This document shows positions 18,532-30,400 of a DNA stretch of 64,000 bases, one piece after another. A model generated the notes under the pieces. The model made no database searches and was not told where the DNA came from. It was given only the letters and a program-made list of their open reading frames with translations. Each line of letters opens with the position of its first letter. The stretch's first letter is position 1. The stretch is from Chromatiales bacterium (lineage in GTDB: Bacteria; Pseudomonadota; Gammaproteobacteria; SZUA-140). The DNA is taken from NCBI GenBank assembly GCA_050486285.1, contig JBJHCZ010000011.1, positions 737 through 64,736 of the forward strand, written 5' to 3'. Position numbers and translations under genes: made by a program.

Positions 18532-19700
18532 GACCGGCTCCCGCGCACCAGCGCAACGATCTTGTTTGCCGCCTCGTCGAGGCCCGCAGCCGCGGTGATC
18601 GCGAGGCCGCTGTGGTTCAGGATCTCGCGACCCTTTTCCGCATTCGTGCCCTCGAGACGGACGACGACCGGCACCGTGATGCCGGCCTCGCCGACCGCGC
18701 CGACGATGCCCTCGGCGATGATGTCGCAGCGGACGATACCGCCGAAGATGTTGACCAGCACGCCCTTGACGTTTTTGTCATCGAGGATGATCCGGAAGGC
18801 CTCGGCGACGCGCTCCTTCGTCGCGGTGCCGCCGACGTCGAGGAAGTTCGCGGGACGGCCGCCGACCAGCTTGATCAAGTCCATTGTCGCCATCGCCAGC
18901 CCGGCGCCGTTGACCATGCAGCCGATGTCGCCATCGAGCGCGATGTAGCTGAGGTCCCATTCCTTCGCGCGCACCTCGCGCGGGTCCTCCTGGCGCAGGT
19001 CGCGCAGCGCAAATAGCGGCTTCTGGCGGTACAGTGCGTTGTCGTCGACGTTGAGCTTGGCGTCGATGCACAGCAGGCTGCCGTCCGCGAGCTGGACCAG
19101 CGGGTTGATCTCGACGAGGCTCAAGTCACGCTCCTCGAACAGGCGCGCGAGGCCGCGCGCGATCGCCTCGAACTGGCGGAACGCATCGCCGCTCAGTCCG
19201 AGCGCGAAACCGATGCGCCGGCACTGGTAGGGCTGCAGGCCGACCAGCGGGTCGATCGCGGCGCTCAGGATCTTCTCCGGCGAGGTCGCCGCGACGGTCT
19301 CGATATCGACGCCGCCCTCGCGCGAGGCCATCAGCACGACCTGCTTGCGCGCGCGGTCGACGACGAGGCCGAGATAAAACTCGCGCGCGATCGCGACCGG
19401 GGATTCGATCAGCAATTCGTTGACCGGCTTGCCCTCGGGTCCGCTCTGCACGGTGACAAGGCGCATGCCCAGCATCTCGCGAATCGCGTTGAGCGCTGCT
19501 TCGCGCCCCTCGACCAGGCGGACGCCGCCGGCCTTGCCGCGTCCGCCCGTATGCGCCTGCGCCTTGATGACCCAGCGCTCGCCGCCGAGCGCATCGAGCG
19601 CGGCCTCTGCTTCCGCCGCGTCGGCGATGACACGATGGTCTGCGACCGGAATGCCGTAGCCGGCGAGCAGGGTCTTGGCCTGGTATTCGTGGAGGTTCAT
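18528..19700 (-). CDS. sucC: Succinyl-CoA synthetase beta subunit (ADP-forming)
   Basis: [19 protein letters not shown] and an ATP-grasp domain. 390 aa. Overlaps the sucD start by 4 nt. Confidence 0.95.
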   Translation of the reverse strand: MNLHEYQAKTLLAGYGIPVADHRVIADAAEAEAALDALGGERWVIKAQAHTGGRGKAGGVRLVEGREAALNAIREMLGMRLVTVQSGPEGKPVNELLIESPVAIAREFYLGLVVDRARKQVVLMASREGGVDIETVAATSPEKILSAAIDPLVGLQPYQCRRIGFALGLSGDAFRQFEAIARGLARLFEERDLSLVEINPLVQLADGSLLCIDAKLNVDDNALYRQKPLFALRDLRQEDPREVRAKEWDLSYIALDGDIGCMVNGAGLAMATMDLIKLVGGRPANFLDVGGTATKERVAEAFRIILDDKNVKGVLVNIFGGIVRCDIIAEGIVGAVGEAGITVPVVVRLEGTNAEKGREILNHSGLAITAAAGLDEAANKIVALVRGSRS

Positions 19701-19770
19701 GATCGGGCGTGCGTCGTGTCAAAGGGCGTACGATAGCAGCATTCCCGGCTGGCGGGCAAAGGGGCACCAC

Positions 19771-19845
19771 GGGGTCAGAGTCGTTTGATCCCCGATGAAT
19801 CCCGGGGAGGGCGATCGCATGCCTGGATCAAACGACTCTGACCCC
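19771..19845. repeat. REP-like palindromic element, copy A (GGGGTCAGAGTCGTTTGATC ... GATCAAACGACTCTGACCCC)
   Basis: 20-nt perfect inverted arms around a ~35-nt centre, between the lpd stop and the sucC start. Arms match the copies at 44908 and 60203. Confidence 0.6.
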
Positions 19846-19850
19846 TTTGA

Positions 19851-21305
19851 TCACTTCCCCGCCCTCGCAGCGGTCTTTGCCTTCGCGACATGGATCGCCC
19901 GCCCGTACACCGACAGCGCGGCCTCGTGAAACACCTCCGACAGGGTCGGATGTGCGAACATCGTCAGCCCGATGTCCTCGCTGCTGGCGCCGAATTCCAT
20001 TGCGACGACCGCAGTCGCGAGCAGCTCGGAACACTGCGGCCCGATCATGTGTACGCCGAGGATACGGTCGGTCTTCGCGTCGGCGAGCACCTTGATCAGG
20101 CCGTCGGTGTCGCCATGCGCCCGTGCGCGTCCGTTGACCGCGAACGGGAACACGCCGGCGCGATATTCGGCGCCGACCGCCTTCAGCGCCTGCTCGGTCT
20201 TGCCGACCCAGGCGATCTCGGGCCGGGTGTAGATCACCGACGGGATGGTGTCGTAGTTGACCGCGGCGGCATGGCCGTTGATGCGCTCGACGACCATGAT
20301 GCCCTCCTCCGCGCCCTTGTGCGCGAGCATCGGGCCGCGCACGAGGTCGCCGACGGCATGCACGCCCGGCAGGTTGCTGAGGCAATGCTCATCGACCTGG
20401 ACGAAACCGCGGCCGTCGAGCAGCAGACCGGTCCCCGGCGCGAACAGTCCGTCGCTGTTCGGCAGGCGGCCGACCGCGACGATCAGACGGTCGAACTGCT
20501 CGACATGATCTCCGTCCTTGTCTTGGTAGCCGAGCGTGACCCGGCCGTCCTTCATCCCGGTATTCATGACCCGCGCGCCGAGGCGGATATCGAGGCCCTG
20601 CTTGCGGTAGATCCGCAGCGCCTCGCGCGCGATCTGCGCGTCGCAGATACCCAGGAACTCCTCCTGCGCCTCGAGCAACACGACTTCGGCGCCGAGCCGG
20701 CGCCAGACGCAGCCGAGCTCAAGTCCGATGACACCGGCGCCGATGATGCCGAGGCGTTTCGGCACGCTGTCGAAGGCGAGCGCGCCGGTCGAGTCGACGA
20801 TGAGTCCGTGGTCGAGCGGCGCCGCAGTGATCTCGATCGGGCGTGAGCCGGTCGCGAGGATCACGTGCTCCGCCTCGATGTCCTCCGCGTCGCCGCCGTT
20901 TGCCGGCGAGAACTCGACGCGGCGGTTCGGTAGCAAACGACCGCGCCCGCACAACCCCTCGACACCGTTGGCCCTGAATAACTGGCCGACGCCGCGGGTA
21001 AAGTCCGCGACGATCTTATCCTTGTGCTTCATCATCGCTGCGAGGTCGAGTTCAACCCCGCTGGTACGGATACCGAAACCGGCATATTCAGTGCGTGCGC
21101 GCTCGTAGAGATCAGAGGCCTCGAGCAGCGCCTTGGACGGGATGCAGCCGACATTCAGACAGGTGCCGCCGGGCGCAGGCTTGCCGTCGGCGCCAACGCG
21201 CTCATCGATGCAGGCAACGCTCATGCCGAGCTGGGCGGCGCGGATCGCGGCGGAATAGCCGGCCGGTCCGGCCCCGATGACGACGATGTCGAAGCGGCGG
21301 CTCAT
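19851..21305 (-). CDS. lpdA: Dihydrolipoyl dehydrogenase (E3)
   Basis: FAD motif DIVVIGAGPAGY, redox-active disulfide GGTCLNVGCIPSK and an NAD-binding GxGxxG. 484 aa. Confidence 0.9.
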   Translation of the reverse strand: MSRRFDIVVIGAGPAGYSAAIRAAQLGMSVACIDERVGADGKPAPGGTCLNVGCIPSKALLEASDLYERARTEYAGFGIRTSGVELDLAAMMKHKDKIVADFTRGVGQLFRANGVEGLCGRGRLLPNRRVEFSPANGGDAEDIEAEHVILATGSRPIEITAAPLDHGLIVDSTGALAFDSVPKRLGIIGAGVIGLELGCVWRRLGAEVVLLEAQEEFLGICDAQIAREALRIYRKQGLDIRLGARVMNTGMKDGRVTLGYQDKDGDHVEQFDRLIVAVGRLPNSDGLFAPGTGLLLDGRGFVQVDEHCLSNLPGVHAVGDLVRGPMLAHKGAEEGIMVVERINGHAAAVNYDTIPSVIYTRPEIAWVGKTEQALKAVGAEYRAGVFPFAVNGRARAHGDTDGLIKVLADAKTDRILGVHMIGPQCSELLATAVVAMEFGASSEDIGLTMFAHPTLSEVFHEAALSVYGRAIHVAKAKTAARAGK

Positions 21306-21312
21306 CGCGCGC

Positions 21313-22578
21313 TCAGATCTCGAGCAACAAACGGGACGGGTCTTCCAGCGATTCCTTGATCGCGACCAGGAACTGCACCGCGTCGCGGCCGTCGATCAGG
21401 CGATGGTCATAGGACAGCGCGAGGTACATCATCGGCCGCGCAACGATCGCGCCGTTTTCGACGACCGGCCGCTCCTGGATCTTGTGCATGCCGAGGATCG
21501 CGCTCTGCGGCGGGTTCAGGATCGGCGTCGACAACAGCGAACCGAACACGCCGCCGTTGGTGATCGTGAAAGTGCCGCCGGTGATCTCGTCGATCGCGAG
21601 CGTGCCGGCGCGCGCCTTCTCTGCGAGCGCAGCAACGCTGCGCTCGAGGTCGGCGATGCCGTAGCGGTCGGCGTCGCGCACGACCGGCACGACCAGGCCG
21701 CGCGGCGACGACACCGCGACGCCGATGTCATAGAAACCGTGATAGACGATGTCGTCGCCCTCCAGCGAGGCATTGACGACCGGGAAGCGCTTCAGCGCCT
21801 CGACCGCCGCGCGGATGAAAAACGACATGAAGCCGAGCTTGACGCCGTGCTCCTGCTCGAAGCGCTCGCGGTGGCGCTGGCGCAGCTCCATCACCGGCGC
21901 CATGTTGACCTCGTTGAAGGTGCTGAGGATCGCCGCGGTCTGCTGCGCCTCGACCAGGCGCTCGGCGATGCGCGCGCGCAGGCGCGTCATCGGCACGCGT
22001 TTCTGCGGGCGCTCGCCGGCCGGGAAGTCGAGCACGACCGGCGGGGCGTTGCGCGCAGCCGGCTGCGGCGCGCGCGCCTCCGCGGCCTCTGCCTTCACGG
22101 CCGGCCGCTCCGACTGTTCGACCGCGCGCAACACGTCTTCCTTGAGCACGCGGCCGCCGCGGCCGCTGCCCTCGACCTGTTCGGCATCGAGGCCATGCTC
22201 GGCAATCAGGCGTCGCGCCGCCGGACTCGCATCCGCGGCATCGGCCTGCGCCGCCTGTGCCTGCAAGACCGGGGCGGACGCGCCGCTGCCGGCTTCGCGT
22301 TTCGGCATCGCGTCAGCCGGCGCCGATCCCGATCCGGCCTCCGCCGCCTCGATGCGGCCCAGCAACTCGCCGGAACCGACCTTGTCGCCCTCGCCGCGCA
22401 GGACCTCGGTCAACTTGCCGTCGCCGGGCGCCGGCACCTCGAACACGACCTTGTCGGTCTCGATATCGACCAGGGTTTCGTCGCGGCTGACCTGGTCGCC
22501 GGGCTTCTTGCGCCAGGCCACGATCGTCCCGTCGGTCACCGATTCCGGGAATCCCGGCGCCTTGACATCGGTCAGCAT
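21313..22578 (-). CDS. sucB: 2-oxoglutarate dehydrogenase E2 (dihydrolipoyllysine-residue succinyltransferase)
   Basis: Lipoyl domain ([24 protein letters not shown]...DIETDKV), Ala/Pro linker and catalytic domain with DHRLIDG. Start placed at the internal Met (MLTDVK). Confidence 0.9.
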   Translation of the reverse strand: MLTDVKAPGFPESVTDGTIVAWRKKPGDQVSRDETLVDIETDKVVFEVPAPGDGKLTEVLRGEGDKVGSGELLGRIEAAEAGSGSAPADAMPKREAGSGASAPVLQAQAAQADAADASPAARRLIAEHGLDAEQVEGSGRGGRVLKEDVLRAVEQSERPAVKAEAAEARAPQPAARNAPPVVLDFPAGERPQKRVPMTRLRARIAERLVEAQQTAAILSTFNEVNMAPVMELRQRHRERFEQEHGVKLGFMSFFIRAAVEALKRFPVVNASLEGDDIVYHGFYDIGVAVSSPRGLVVPVVRDADRYGIADLERSVAALAEKARAGTLAIDEITGGTFTITNGGVFGSLLSTPILNPPQSAILGMHKIQERPVVENGAIVARPMMYLALSYDHRLIDGRDAVQFLVAIKESLEDPSRLLLEI

Positions 22579-22609
22579 GATGGCGTCCTTTCGTTCATGG
22601 CATCGTGAA

Positions 22610-25477
22610 TCATTGCAGCCGATCGAGCGGTCCGAAGGCGTCATCGATCAGCGTGCATAGCTGCCGGATATGCAGCAGCGGATAGCCGACCGCCGGCGCC
22701 GCCGATGGCGGCCGTCCCGCGTAATATAGCAAGCCGGGATCGACCGCGGCCTGCAGCTTGTGGCGGGTCGGGTACCAGGCCCCCTGGTTCTTCGGTTCCT
22801 CCTGGCACCAGACGAACTCGCGCGCATTCCCGTAACGCGCCAGCGCGTCGCGCAGCTCGCGATACGGAAACGGGTAGAGCTGTTCGAGCCGGACCAGGGC
22901 GACGTCGCGCCGCCCTTCCTCGCGGCGCTTCTCGAGCAGGTCGAAATAGACCTTGCCGGTACACATGACGACGCGGGTGACACCGGCCGGGTCGAGATCG
23001 TCGATCTCGTCGATGACGCGGCGGAAACCGCCCTCGCAGAGATCCTCGAGGGTACTGACCGCGAGCTTGTGGCGGAGCAGGCTCTTCGGCGTCATCACGA
23101 TCAGCGGCTTGCGGCAATCCATCCGCATCTGGCGCCGCAGCAGGTGGAAGATCTGCGCCGGCGTCGTCGGCACCGTGACCTGGATATTGTGCTCGGCGCA
23201 CAGCTGCAGATAGCGCTCGATGCGCGCCGAGGAATGCTCGGGACCCTGCCCCTCGAATCCATGCGGCAGGAACATCACGAGACCGCTCATGCGGTTCCAT
23301 TTCTGTTCGCCGGCGCTGATGAACTGGTCGATGACGACCTGGGCGTTGTTCGCGAAGTCGCCGAACTGCGCCTCCCAGATCACCAGCGTATTCGGGTCGG
23401 TCGTCGAATAGCCGTACTCGAAGGCGAGCACGGCCTCCTCCGACAGCAGCGAGTTCGTGACCAGAAAATTGCCCTGCTTCTCCGAAAGATTGCGCAGCGG
23501 CACATATGCGCTGTCGTCCTTCTGGCAATAGACTGCCGCGTGGCGATGGAAGAAGGTGCCGCGCGCGCTGTCCTGCCCGGACAGGCGCACGCCGTAACCG
23601 GCCTCGACGAGGCTGGCGTAGGCAAGGATCTCGGCGCAGCCCCAGTCGATCGGCAACGCGCCGGCCGCCATCTTGCGGCGGTTGTCGAAGATGCGCGCGA
23701 CACTCGGATGCAATTCGAAGCCCTCCGGCAGGCGGCCGAGGCGCTCGGTCAGGTCGCGCAGCGTCGCCAGCGGCACCGAGGTGTCGATCTCGATCGTGCA
23801 GCGGCCGTGGAGGAACGGCGACCAGTCGACCGCGCCGCGCACTTCGACCGCGTCGGCGGGCAGCAGCCCCGGCACGACGCCCTCGCCGGCATCGAGCGCG
23901 GTCCGGTAGTCCTCGACCATCGCGGCAGCGGCCTTCGCGTCGATCACGCCTTCGCCGGCCAGCCGCGCGGCATAGGCCTCGCGCGCGGTCGGCATCTCGC
24001 GGATACGGCGATACATCAGCGGCTGCGTCACCGACGGCTCGTCCGCCTCGCTGTGGCCGTGACGGCGGTAGCAAACCAGGTCGATGACGACGTCCTTGCG
24101 GAAGCGCATGCGGTAATCGAGCGCGATGCGCGCGGCGTTCAGCACCGCCTCGGGATCGTCGCCGTTGACGTGCAGGATCGGCGTGTTGACCATCTTGGCG
24201 ACGTCGGTGCAGTACAGCGTCGAACGCGCGTCCTTCTGGTTGCTGGTCGTGAAGCCGATCTGGTTGTTGATGACGACATGGATGGTGCCCTTCGTCGAAT
24301 AGCCGCGCGACTGCGACATGTTGAAGGTCTCCATCAGCACGCCCTGCCCCGAGAACGCGGCGTCGCCGTGGATGACGATCGGCACGACCTCGGCGCCGTC
24401 GCGGTCGCCGCGGCGTTCCTGGCGCGCGCGCACCGAGCCCTCGACCACCGGTCCGACGATCTCGAGGTGGGAAGGATTGAATGCAAGGGCGACGTGCACC
24501 GGTCCACCCGGCGTCTCGAGGTTCGACGAGAAGCCCATGTGGTACTTGACGTCGCCGGAGCCCTCGCCTTCGCGCGCGGTCTTGCCCTCGAACTCGAGAA
24601 ACAGGTCCTTCGGCGACTTGCCCATGAGATTGACGAGCACGTTCAGCCGCCCGCGGTGCGCCATGCCGATGACGATCTCGCGGACGCCGTCGGCGCCGCC
24701 GCGCTCGATCAATTCGCCGAGCAGCGGGATCAGGGTCTCGGCGCCTTCGAGCGAGAAGCGCTTCTGCCCGACGTAACGGTTGTGCAGATAACGCTCGAGC
24801 GCCTCCGCGGCGGTGATTCGCGCGAGCAGCGATCTCCGCGTCGCGCCCGGCAACGCCTGTCCAGTCACGCCGGATTCGAGCTGGCGAAACAGCCAGTCAC
24901 GCTCGCCGGCCTCGCCGACATGGAGGCATTCGCTGGCGAGCGTACCGCAGTAGACCCTGCGCAAGGCCGCGAGCAGGCCGCGCAGCGTCAGCTCGGCCGG
25001 AAATCCGCCGACTTCGGCCCCGAGCGCCTTATCGAGGTCGGCGTCGTCGAAGCCGTGAGTGTGGTAATCGAGTTCGGGGAGTTCCGTGACGGCGCGCAGT
25101 CCGAGCGGGTCGATGTCGGCGACGAGATGTCCATTGACGCGGTAGGCGTCGATCAATTGGCGGATGCGGGTATTCTGTGTCGAGCCGGCGGCGCGCGCAT
25201 CGCCGGTGCCTTGCTGCGCCGCGGCCGGCGCCGGCGACCACAGGCGCCCGCGCCCCTGCCCGCCGAAGCCCTTGCGTATGCGTGCATGCGACACCTCGGG
25301 TCGGCCGCCAGGCACTGGCGGCAGGTCGTCGAACCATCGGCGCCACGTTGGGTCGACCGACCCGGGGTCTTCGAGATAGGCGTCGTAGAGGGCTTCGAGC
25401 CAGGGCGCGTTCGCGACCGCCAGCGGGCTGCTGCGCCACCAGCCCTGCAGGTCCTTGTGATCCGGGGATTTGGCCAT
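22610..25477 (-). CDS. sucA: 2-oxoglutarate dehydrogenase E1 component
   Basis: ~955 aa with a ThDP-binding fold and conserved SucA N-terminus ([20 protein letters not shown]). Start assigned to MAKSPDHK; upstream of it is an AT-rich promoter-like sequence. Confidence 0.9.
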   Translation of the reverse strand: MAKSPDHKDLQGWWRSSPLAVANAPWLEALYDAYLEDPGSVDPTWRRWFDDLPPVPGGRPEVSHARIRKGFGGQGRGRLWSPAPAAAQQGTGDARAAGSTQNTRIRQLIDAYRVNGHLVADIDPLGLRAVTELPELDYHTHGFDDADLDKALGAEVGGFPAELTLRGLLAALRRVYCGTLASECLHVGEAGERDWLFRQLESGVTGQALPGATRRSLLARITAAEALERYLHNRYVGQKRFSLEGAETLIPLLGELIERGGADGVREIVIGMAHRGRLNVLVNLMGKSPKDLFLEFEGKTAREGEGSGDVKYHMGFSSNLETPGGPVHVALAFNPSHLEIVGPVVEGSVRARQERRGDRDGAEVVPIVIHGDAAFSGQGVLMETFNMSQSRGYSTKGTIHVVINNQIGFTTSNQKDARSTLYCTDVAKMVNTPILHVNGDDPEAVLNAARIALDYRMRFRKDVVIDLVCYRRHGHSEADEPSVTQPLMYRRIREMPTAREAYAARLAGEGVIDAKAAAAMVEDYRTALDAGEGVVPGLLPADAVEVRGAVDWSPFLHGRCTIEIDTSVPLATLRDLTERLGRLPEGFELHPSVARIFDNRRKMAAGALPIDWGCAEILAYASLVEAGYGVRLSGQDSARGTFFHRHAAVYCQKDDSAYVPLRNLSEKQGNFLVTNSLLSEEAVLAFEYGYSTTDPNTLVIWEAQFGDFANNAQVVIDQFISAGEQKWNRMSGLVMFLPHGFEGQGPEHSSARIERYLQLCAEHNIQVTVPTTPAQIFHLLRRQMRMDCRKPLIVMTPKSLLRHKLAVSTLEDLCEGGFRRVIDEIDDLDPAGVTRVVMCTGKVYFDLLEKRREEGRRDVALVRLEQLYPFPYRELRDALARYGNAREFVWCQEEPKNQGAWYPTRHKLQAAVDPGLLYYAGRPPSAAPAVGYPLLHIRQLCTLIDDAFGPLDRLQ

Positions 25478-25593
25478 ATTCGGGACGTCCACCGCTGTCG
25501 CGCCCTGCAGGGGCAGGGCTCGTTGGAGAAATGACAGCAATATTAATGCCATGCCGTCATTGCCGGGATCGGACCGGCGCGCGGGCGGCGCGA

Positions 25594-26616
25594 TCAGGTC
25601 GGGCGCTTGCGGAGTTCTTCCGCGCGATCGCGATTGCCGCGGGCCTCGCAGACCTGAATCAGCACCTGCAGGATACTTTCGTGGCCGGGCTTGCGCGCAA
25701 GCGCCTGTTCACAGCATTGCTCGGCCTGGTCGAGATCGCCGAGGCGGTGGAACATCTTGCCGAGGCCGAGCAGCGCGAAGGGATCGGGACCGACTTCGAG
25801 ACTGCGGCGATAACAGCGTTCGGCGCCGGGCACGTCGCCGCCATTCAGCAGCGCGTCGCCGAGGCGGGTCAGCACGCTCTGGTTATCGGGTTCCTGTTCG
25901 AGGATCCGTCGCCACAGCACGATGGCCTCGTCCATCCGTCGCAGCCCGCGCATGCACGCGGCCAGCCCGGTCAGCGCGAAGACATTGTCGGGCTCGACAC
26001 CGAGCGCGCGCTCGAACCAGGCGGCGCCCTCGGTGAACTCCTTGCGCCGCAGGCACAGGTTGCCGAGCATCGTCAGCGCGGCGACATTGCCGCGATCGAG
26101 ATCGATCAGGCGACCGAGCCAGTGCAGGGCCTTGTCGTCCTCGCCGGTCTTGTAATAGAGGTTGCCGAGACCGAGGCAGGCAAAACGGTCATTGCCGCCG
26201 ATCTTCAACGCCTGGAGATAGACCTCCTCGGCGGCCGCGAATTCCCCGATCTTGCGCAGAGAATCGCCGAGACGCACCATGACGTGGCTGTCTTCGGGAT
26301 TGCATTCGAGGTAGCGCCGCCAGTAGGTGATCGAGCGCTCCGGACTGCGCAACCCGCGGAAGGCATTGCCGATGCCGCGCAGGGCGAAGACGTTCTCGGG
26401 GTCGAGGCGCAGCAGGCGGTCGTAGTATTCGACGGCGCGCTCGAAATTCTTCAGCTTGCGGCAGACGTCGCCGAGCCCGACCAGGATATAGGCATTGTTG
26501 CCGTCGAGCGCGCAGGCGTCGAGGAACACCTTCTCGGCCTCGCGGTAGCGACGCTGCCCCATCAGGAAATAGGCCCGCTTCGACAGCTTGATGACATTCT
26601 TCTCGGATTCCGGCAT
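25594..26616 (-). CDS. Tetratricopeptide-repeat (TPR) protein
   Basis: Seven to eight tandem 34-aa TPR units (..A..Y.RAL.LDP.N..AL.GLG..). Confidence 0.7.
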   Translation of the reverse strand: MPESEKNVIKLSKRAYFLMGQRRYREAEKVFLDACALDGNNAYILVGLGDVCRKLKNFERAVEYYDRLLRLDPENVFALRGIGNAFRGLRSPERSITYWRRYLECNPEDSHVMVRLGDSLRKIGEFAAAEEVYLQALKIGGNDRFACLGLGNLYYKTGEDDKALHWLGRLIDLDRGNVAALTMLGNLCLRRKEFTEGAAWFERALGVEPDNVFALTGLAACMRGLRRMDEAIVLWRRILEQEPDNQSVLTRLGDALLNGGDVPGAERCYRRSLEVGPDPFALLGLGKMFHRLGDLDQAEQCCEQALARKPGHESILQVLIQVCEARGNRDRAEELRKRPT

Positions 26617-27047
26617 GCCGTCTGCCCCCTGCTCTCGTTGTTATCAGTCGCGGCAGACGGCGCCGGGGCTGCGTCCGCGGGCGCAGCGAGCCGGCTTGCG
26701 CGAACGATTATTTATTCAGGAAATTTATGGGATTACCCGCGCTTCCCTGTACTGCGCCAGGCCGGGCGGGGACCTGTCCGCATTTAAACAACTGGTCCCG
26801 CAAATGTAAATAGCTCGAAGCGGTGAGCGGCCGCGCGCACGCGGTTGAACCCGCGGCGTCGCGCACTGTCATAACGGATAGCGACAGCTGTACGCTCTTT
26901 GGTAATGCGCCCGATTCCTGCGATACTGATCCCTCGCTCTTTTGCCAACCCTCCACGATGACCGATCAGGACGCCCGGCAGGCGGCCGCCCTGAGGGGTT
27001 CATGTGATCGTTGGCCCGGCCGACGGACAGCGCAGCAGTCGAATCAT

Positions 27048-27063
27048 TGGCACAGGGATTGCT
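27048..27063 (+). promoter_or_regulatory. Sigma-54 (-24/-12) promoter TGGCAC-N5-TTGCT upstream of prkA
   Basis: TGGCACagggaTTGCT, near-consensus, ~130 nt upstream of the prkA ATG in a 570-bp intergenic region. Confidence 0.55.
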
Positions 27064-27191
27064 AATACTTTGATAGAAACGGGATGTCGGGGCGAATAAC
27101 CGGTCAAGACAACAAGCACAAACAAGGAGACGGCAAGATCGCGAGGACATCCACACCGGCAGCATAGGGCAAGATCAGTGAGGGCATCGGC

Positions 27192-29111
27192 ATGACCATT
27201 TTCGATCACTACCAGTCCCGCTTCGAGGAGTCCAGGGAAGAGGAACTCACCCTGCAGGAATATCTGGATCTCTGCAAGAAGGATCCGTCCTGCTACGCCA
27301 CCGCCGCCGAGCGCATCCTGCTCGCGATCGGCGAAGCCGAGCTGATCGACACCAAGAAGGATCCGCGCCTCAGCCGGATCTTCTCCAACAAGGTCATCAA
27401 GGTCTATCCCGCGTTCCGGGAATTCTACGGCATGGAGGAGACGATCGAGCGCATCGTCGCCTTCTTCAAGCATGCCGCGCAGGGCCTCGAGGAAAAGAAG
27501 CAGATTCTTTACCTGCTCGGCCCGGTCGGCGGCGGCAAGTCGTCGCTGGCCGAAAAGCTCAAGGGCCTGATGGAAAAGCAGCCGTTCTACGCGATCAAGG
27601 GCTCGCCGGTCCACGAATCCCCGCTGGCGCTGTTCAACGCCGAAGATGCCCGCATCCTCGAGGACGACTTCGGCATCCCGCGCCGCTATCTCAACGGCAT
27701 CATGTCGCCGTGGGCGGTCAAGCGCCTGCATGAGTACAACGGCGATATCTCGCGCTTCCGTGTCGTGCGCATGCGGCCGTCGGTGCTGAAGCAGGTCGGC
27801 ATCGCGAAGACCGAACCGGGCGACGAGAACAACCAGGATATCTCCTCGCTGGTCGGCAAGGTCGACATCCGCAAGCTCGAACAGTACTCCCAGGACGACC
27901 CCGACGCCTACGCCTATTCCGGCGGACTGTGCCTCGCCAATCAGGGGCTGCTCGAGTTCGTCGAGATGTTCAAGGCCCCGATCAAGGTCCTGCATCCGCT
28001 GCTGACCGCGACCCAGGAGGGCAATTACAACGGCACCGAGGGCATGGGCGCCATTCCGTTCGACGGCATCATCCTCGCCCACTCGAACGAGTCCGAATGG
28101 CTGAGCTTCAAGAACAACCGCAACAACGAGGCCTTCCTCGATCGCATATATATCGTGAAGGTGCCCTATTGCCTGCGCGTATCCGAAGAGATCCGCATCT
28201 ATGACAAGCTGGTCCGCAACAGCTCGCTGTCCGAGGCCCCGTGCGCGCCGGATACGCTGAAGATGATGGCGCAGTTCGCGGTGCTCTCGCGGCTCAAGGA
28301 ACCGGAGAATTCGAGCATCTACTCGAAAATGCGCGTCTATGACGGCGAGAGCCTCAAGGACATCGACCCGAAGGCCAAGTCCTACCAGGAATATCGCGAC
28401 TATGCCGGCGTCGATGAAGGCATGTCCGGGCTGTCCACGCGTTTCGCGTTCAAGATCCTGTCCAAGGTCTTCAACTACGACCACAGCGAGGTCGCCGCAA
28501 ACCCGGTGCACCTGCTCTACGTGCTCGAACAGCAGATCGAACAGGAGCAGTTCCCGCCCGAGATCGAGGAGAAGTACCTGTCGTTCATCAAGGGCTGGCT
28601 GGCGCCGCAGTATGTCGACTTCATCGGCAAGGAGATCCAGACCGCCTATCTCGAATCCTATTCCGAGTACGGCCAGAACATCTTCGACCGCTATGTCATC
28701 TATGCCGACTACTGGATCCAGGACGAGGAATACCACGACATGGATACCGGCGAGAATTTCGATCGCGCAGCGCTGAACGAAGAGCTGGAAAAGATCGAGA
28801 AGCCGGCCGGCATCAGCAACCCGAAGGATTTCCGCAACGAGATCGTCAATTTCGTGCTGCGCGCCCGCGCCCAGAACAACGGCAAGAACCCGCACTGGAC
28901 CAGCTACGAGAAGCTGCGCGAGGTCATCGAGAAGAAGATGTTCTCGAACACCGAGGACCTGCTGCCGGTGATCTCCTTCAATCCGAAGTCTTCCGGTGAC
29001 GACATCAAGAAACACCTGAGCTTCGTCCGCCGCATGATGGACAAGGGCTATACGGAAAAGCAGGTGCGCCTGCTGACCGAATGGTACCTGCGCGTGCGCA
29101 AGTCGAGCTGA
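27192..29111 (+). CDS. prkA: PrkA family serine protein kinase (YeaG-like)
   Basis: 639 aa. Walker [10 protein letters not shown] in the AAA-like N-domain plus conserved PrkA C-terminal domain. First gene of the yeaG-yeaH-ycgB-type trio. Confidence 0.9.
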   Translation: MTIFDHYQSRFEESREEELTLQEYLDLCKKDPSCYATAAERILLAIGEAELIDTKKDPRLSRIFSNKVIKVYPAFREFYGMEETIERIVAFFKHAAQGLEEKKQILYLLGPVGGGKSSLAEKLKGLMEKQPFYAIKGSPVHESPLALFNAEDARILEDDFGIPRRYLNGIMSPWAVKRLHEYNGDISRFRVVRMRPSVLKQVGIAKTEPGDENNQDISSLVGKVDIRKLEQYSQDDPDAYAYSGGLCLANQGLLEFVEMFKAPIKVLHPLLTATQEGNYNGTEGMGAIPFDGIILAHSNESEWLSFKNNRNNEAFLDRIYIVKVPYCLRVSEEIRIYDKLVRNSSLSEAPCAPDTLKMMAQFAVLSRLKEPENSSIYSKMRVYDGESLKDIDPKAKSYQEYRDYAGVDEGMSGLSTRFAFKILSKVFNYDHSEVAANPVHLLYVLEQQIEQEQFPPEIEEKYLSFIKGWLAPQYVDFIGKEIQTAYLESYSEYGQNIFDRYVIYADYWIQDEEYHDMDTGENFDRAALNEELEKIEKPAGISNPKDFRNEIVNFVLRARAQNNGKNPHWTSYEKLREVIEKKMFSNTEDLLPVISFNPKSSGDDIKKHLSFVRRMMDKGYTEKQVRLLTEWYLRVRKSS

Positions 29112-29122
29112 CGCCGCCGGCC

Positions 29123-30400
29123 GTGCCGCTGATCATCGACAGGAGACTGAACGGCAAGAACAAGAGCGCCGTAAACCGGCAGCGCTTCATCCGCCGCTTC
29201 AAGGGACAGATTCGCAAGGCGGTCTCGGAGGCGGTCTCGGAGCGCAGCATCACCGACATCGACTCCGGCGAGAAGATCAATATCCCGGCGCGCGACATCA
29301 GCGAGCCGACCTTCCGCCATGGCGCCGGCGGCGAGCGTGACCTGGTACTGCCGGGCAACGACGAATACATCGCCGGCGACCGTATCAAGCGGCCGCCGGA
29401 CGGCGGCCCCGGCCGCGGTACCCGCGCAAGCCGTGACGGCGAAGGCATGGATGACTTCGTGTTCACGCTGTCGCGCGAGGAATTCATGGAGTTCTTCTTC
29501 GAGGACCTCGCCCTCCCCGACCTGATCAAGACCCGCCTCGCGACCACCGTCGACTTCAAATCAGTGCGCGCCGGCTGGTCGCGCGAGGGCATTCCGTCGA
29601 ACATCAACGTCATCCGCTCACTGAAGGGCGCGCTGTCGCGTCGCATCGCGCTGGGCTCCGCCTTCGACCAGCACCGCGAGCGCGTACAGGCGGAACTCGA
29701 CGCGCTGCGGAAGGCGCCGGCGGACGACGACGGGCAGCGGGAGGCGCGCATCGCCGAACTGGAGGCCGAGATCGCCCGCCTCTCGCGCAGCATCGAGGCG
29801 ATCCCGTTCATCGACACCTTCGATCTGCGCTACAACAACCGTATCCGCCAGCCGCGACCGACGACGCGCGCGGTGATGTTCTGCCTGATGGACGTTTCCG
29901 GGTCGATGGACGAGGAACGCAAGGACATCGCCAAGCGCTTCTTCATCCTGCTCTACCTGTTTCTGACCCGTAACTATGAGCACACCGAGGTCGTATTCAT
30001 ACGCCACCACACCACCGCCAAGGAGGTCGACGAGCAGGAGTTCTTTCACTCGCGGGAGACCGGCGGCACGGTGGTCTCCAGCGCGCTGGAGCTGATGCAC
30101 CAGATCATCACCTCACGCTACCCGACCGCGGACTGGAACATCTACGCCGCCCAGGCCTCGGACGGCGACAACTGGAACGACGATTCGCCGTTGTGCCGCA
30201 GCCTGCTGACCGGAAAAATCATGCCGCTGCTGCAGTACTTCGCCTACGTCGAGATCAAGCCCGACGAACACCAGAGCCTGTGGCGGGAATATCTGTCCGT
30301 CCGTGAGCGTCACCGCAATTTCGCGATGCAGCGCATCGACGGCCTGGCCGACATCTACCCGGTTTTCCACAAGCTGTTCCGGCGGAAGACCGCGGCATGA
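29123..30400 (+). CDS. yeaH: YeaH/UPF0229 (DUF444) protein
   Basis: [35 protein letters not shown] matches the YeaH N-terminus. vWA-like C-terminal part. Start inferred as GTG 12 nt after the prkA stop (no ATG available). Confidence 0.8.
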   Translation: MPLIIDRRLNGKNKSAVNRQRFIRRFKGQIRKAVSEAVSERSITDIDSGEKINIPARDISEPTFRHGAGGERDLVLPGNDEYIAGDRIKRPPDGGPGRGTRASRDGEGMDDFVFTLSREEFMEFFFEDLALPDLIKTRLATTVDFKSVRAGWSREGIPSNINVIRSLKGALSRRIALGSAFDQHRERVQAELDALRKAPADDDGQREARIAELEAEIARLSRSIEAIPFIDTFDLRYNNRIRQPRPTTRAVMFCLMDVSGSMDEERKDIAKRFFILLYLFLTRNYEHTEVVFIRHHTTAKEVDEQEFFHSRETGGTVVSSALELMHQIITSRYPTADWNIYAAQASDGDNWNDDSPLCRSLLTGKIMPLLQYFAYVEIKPDEHQSLWREYLSVRERHRNFAMQRIDGLADIYPVFHKLFRRKTAA

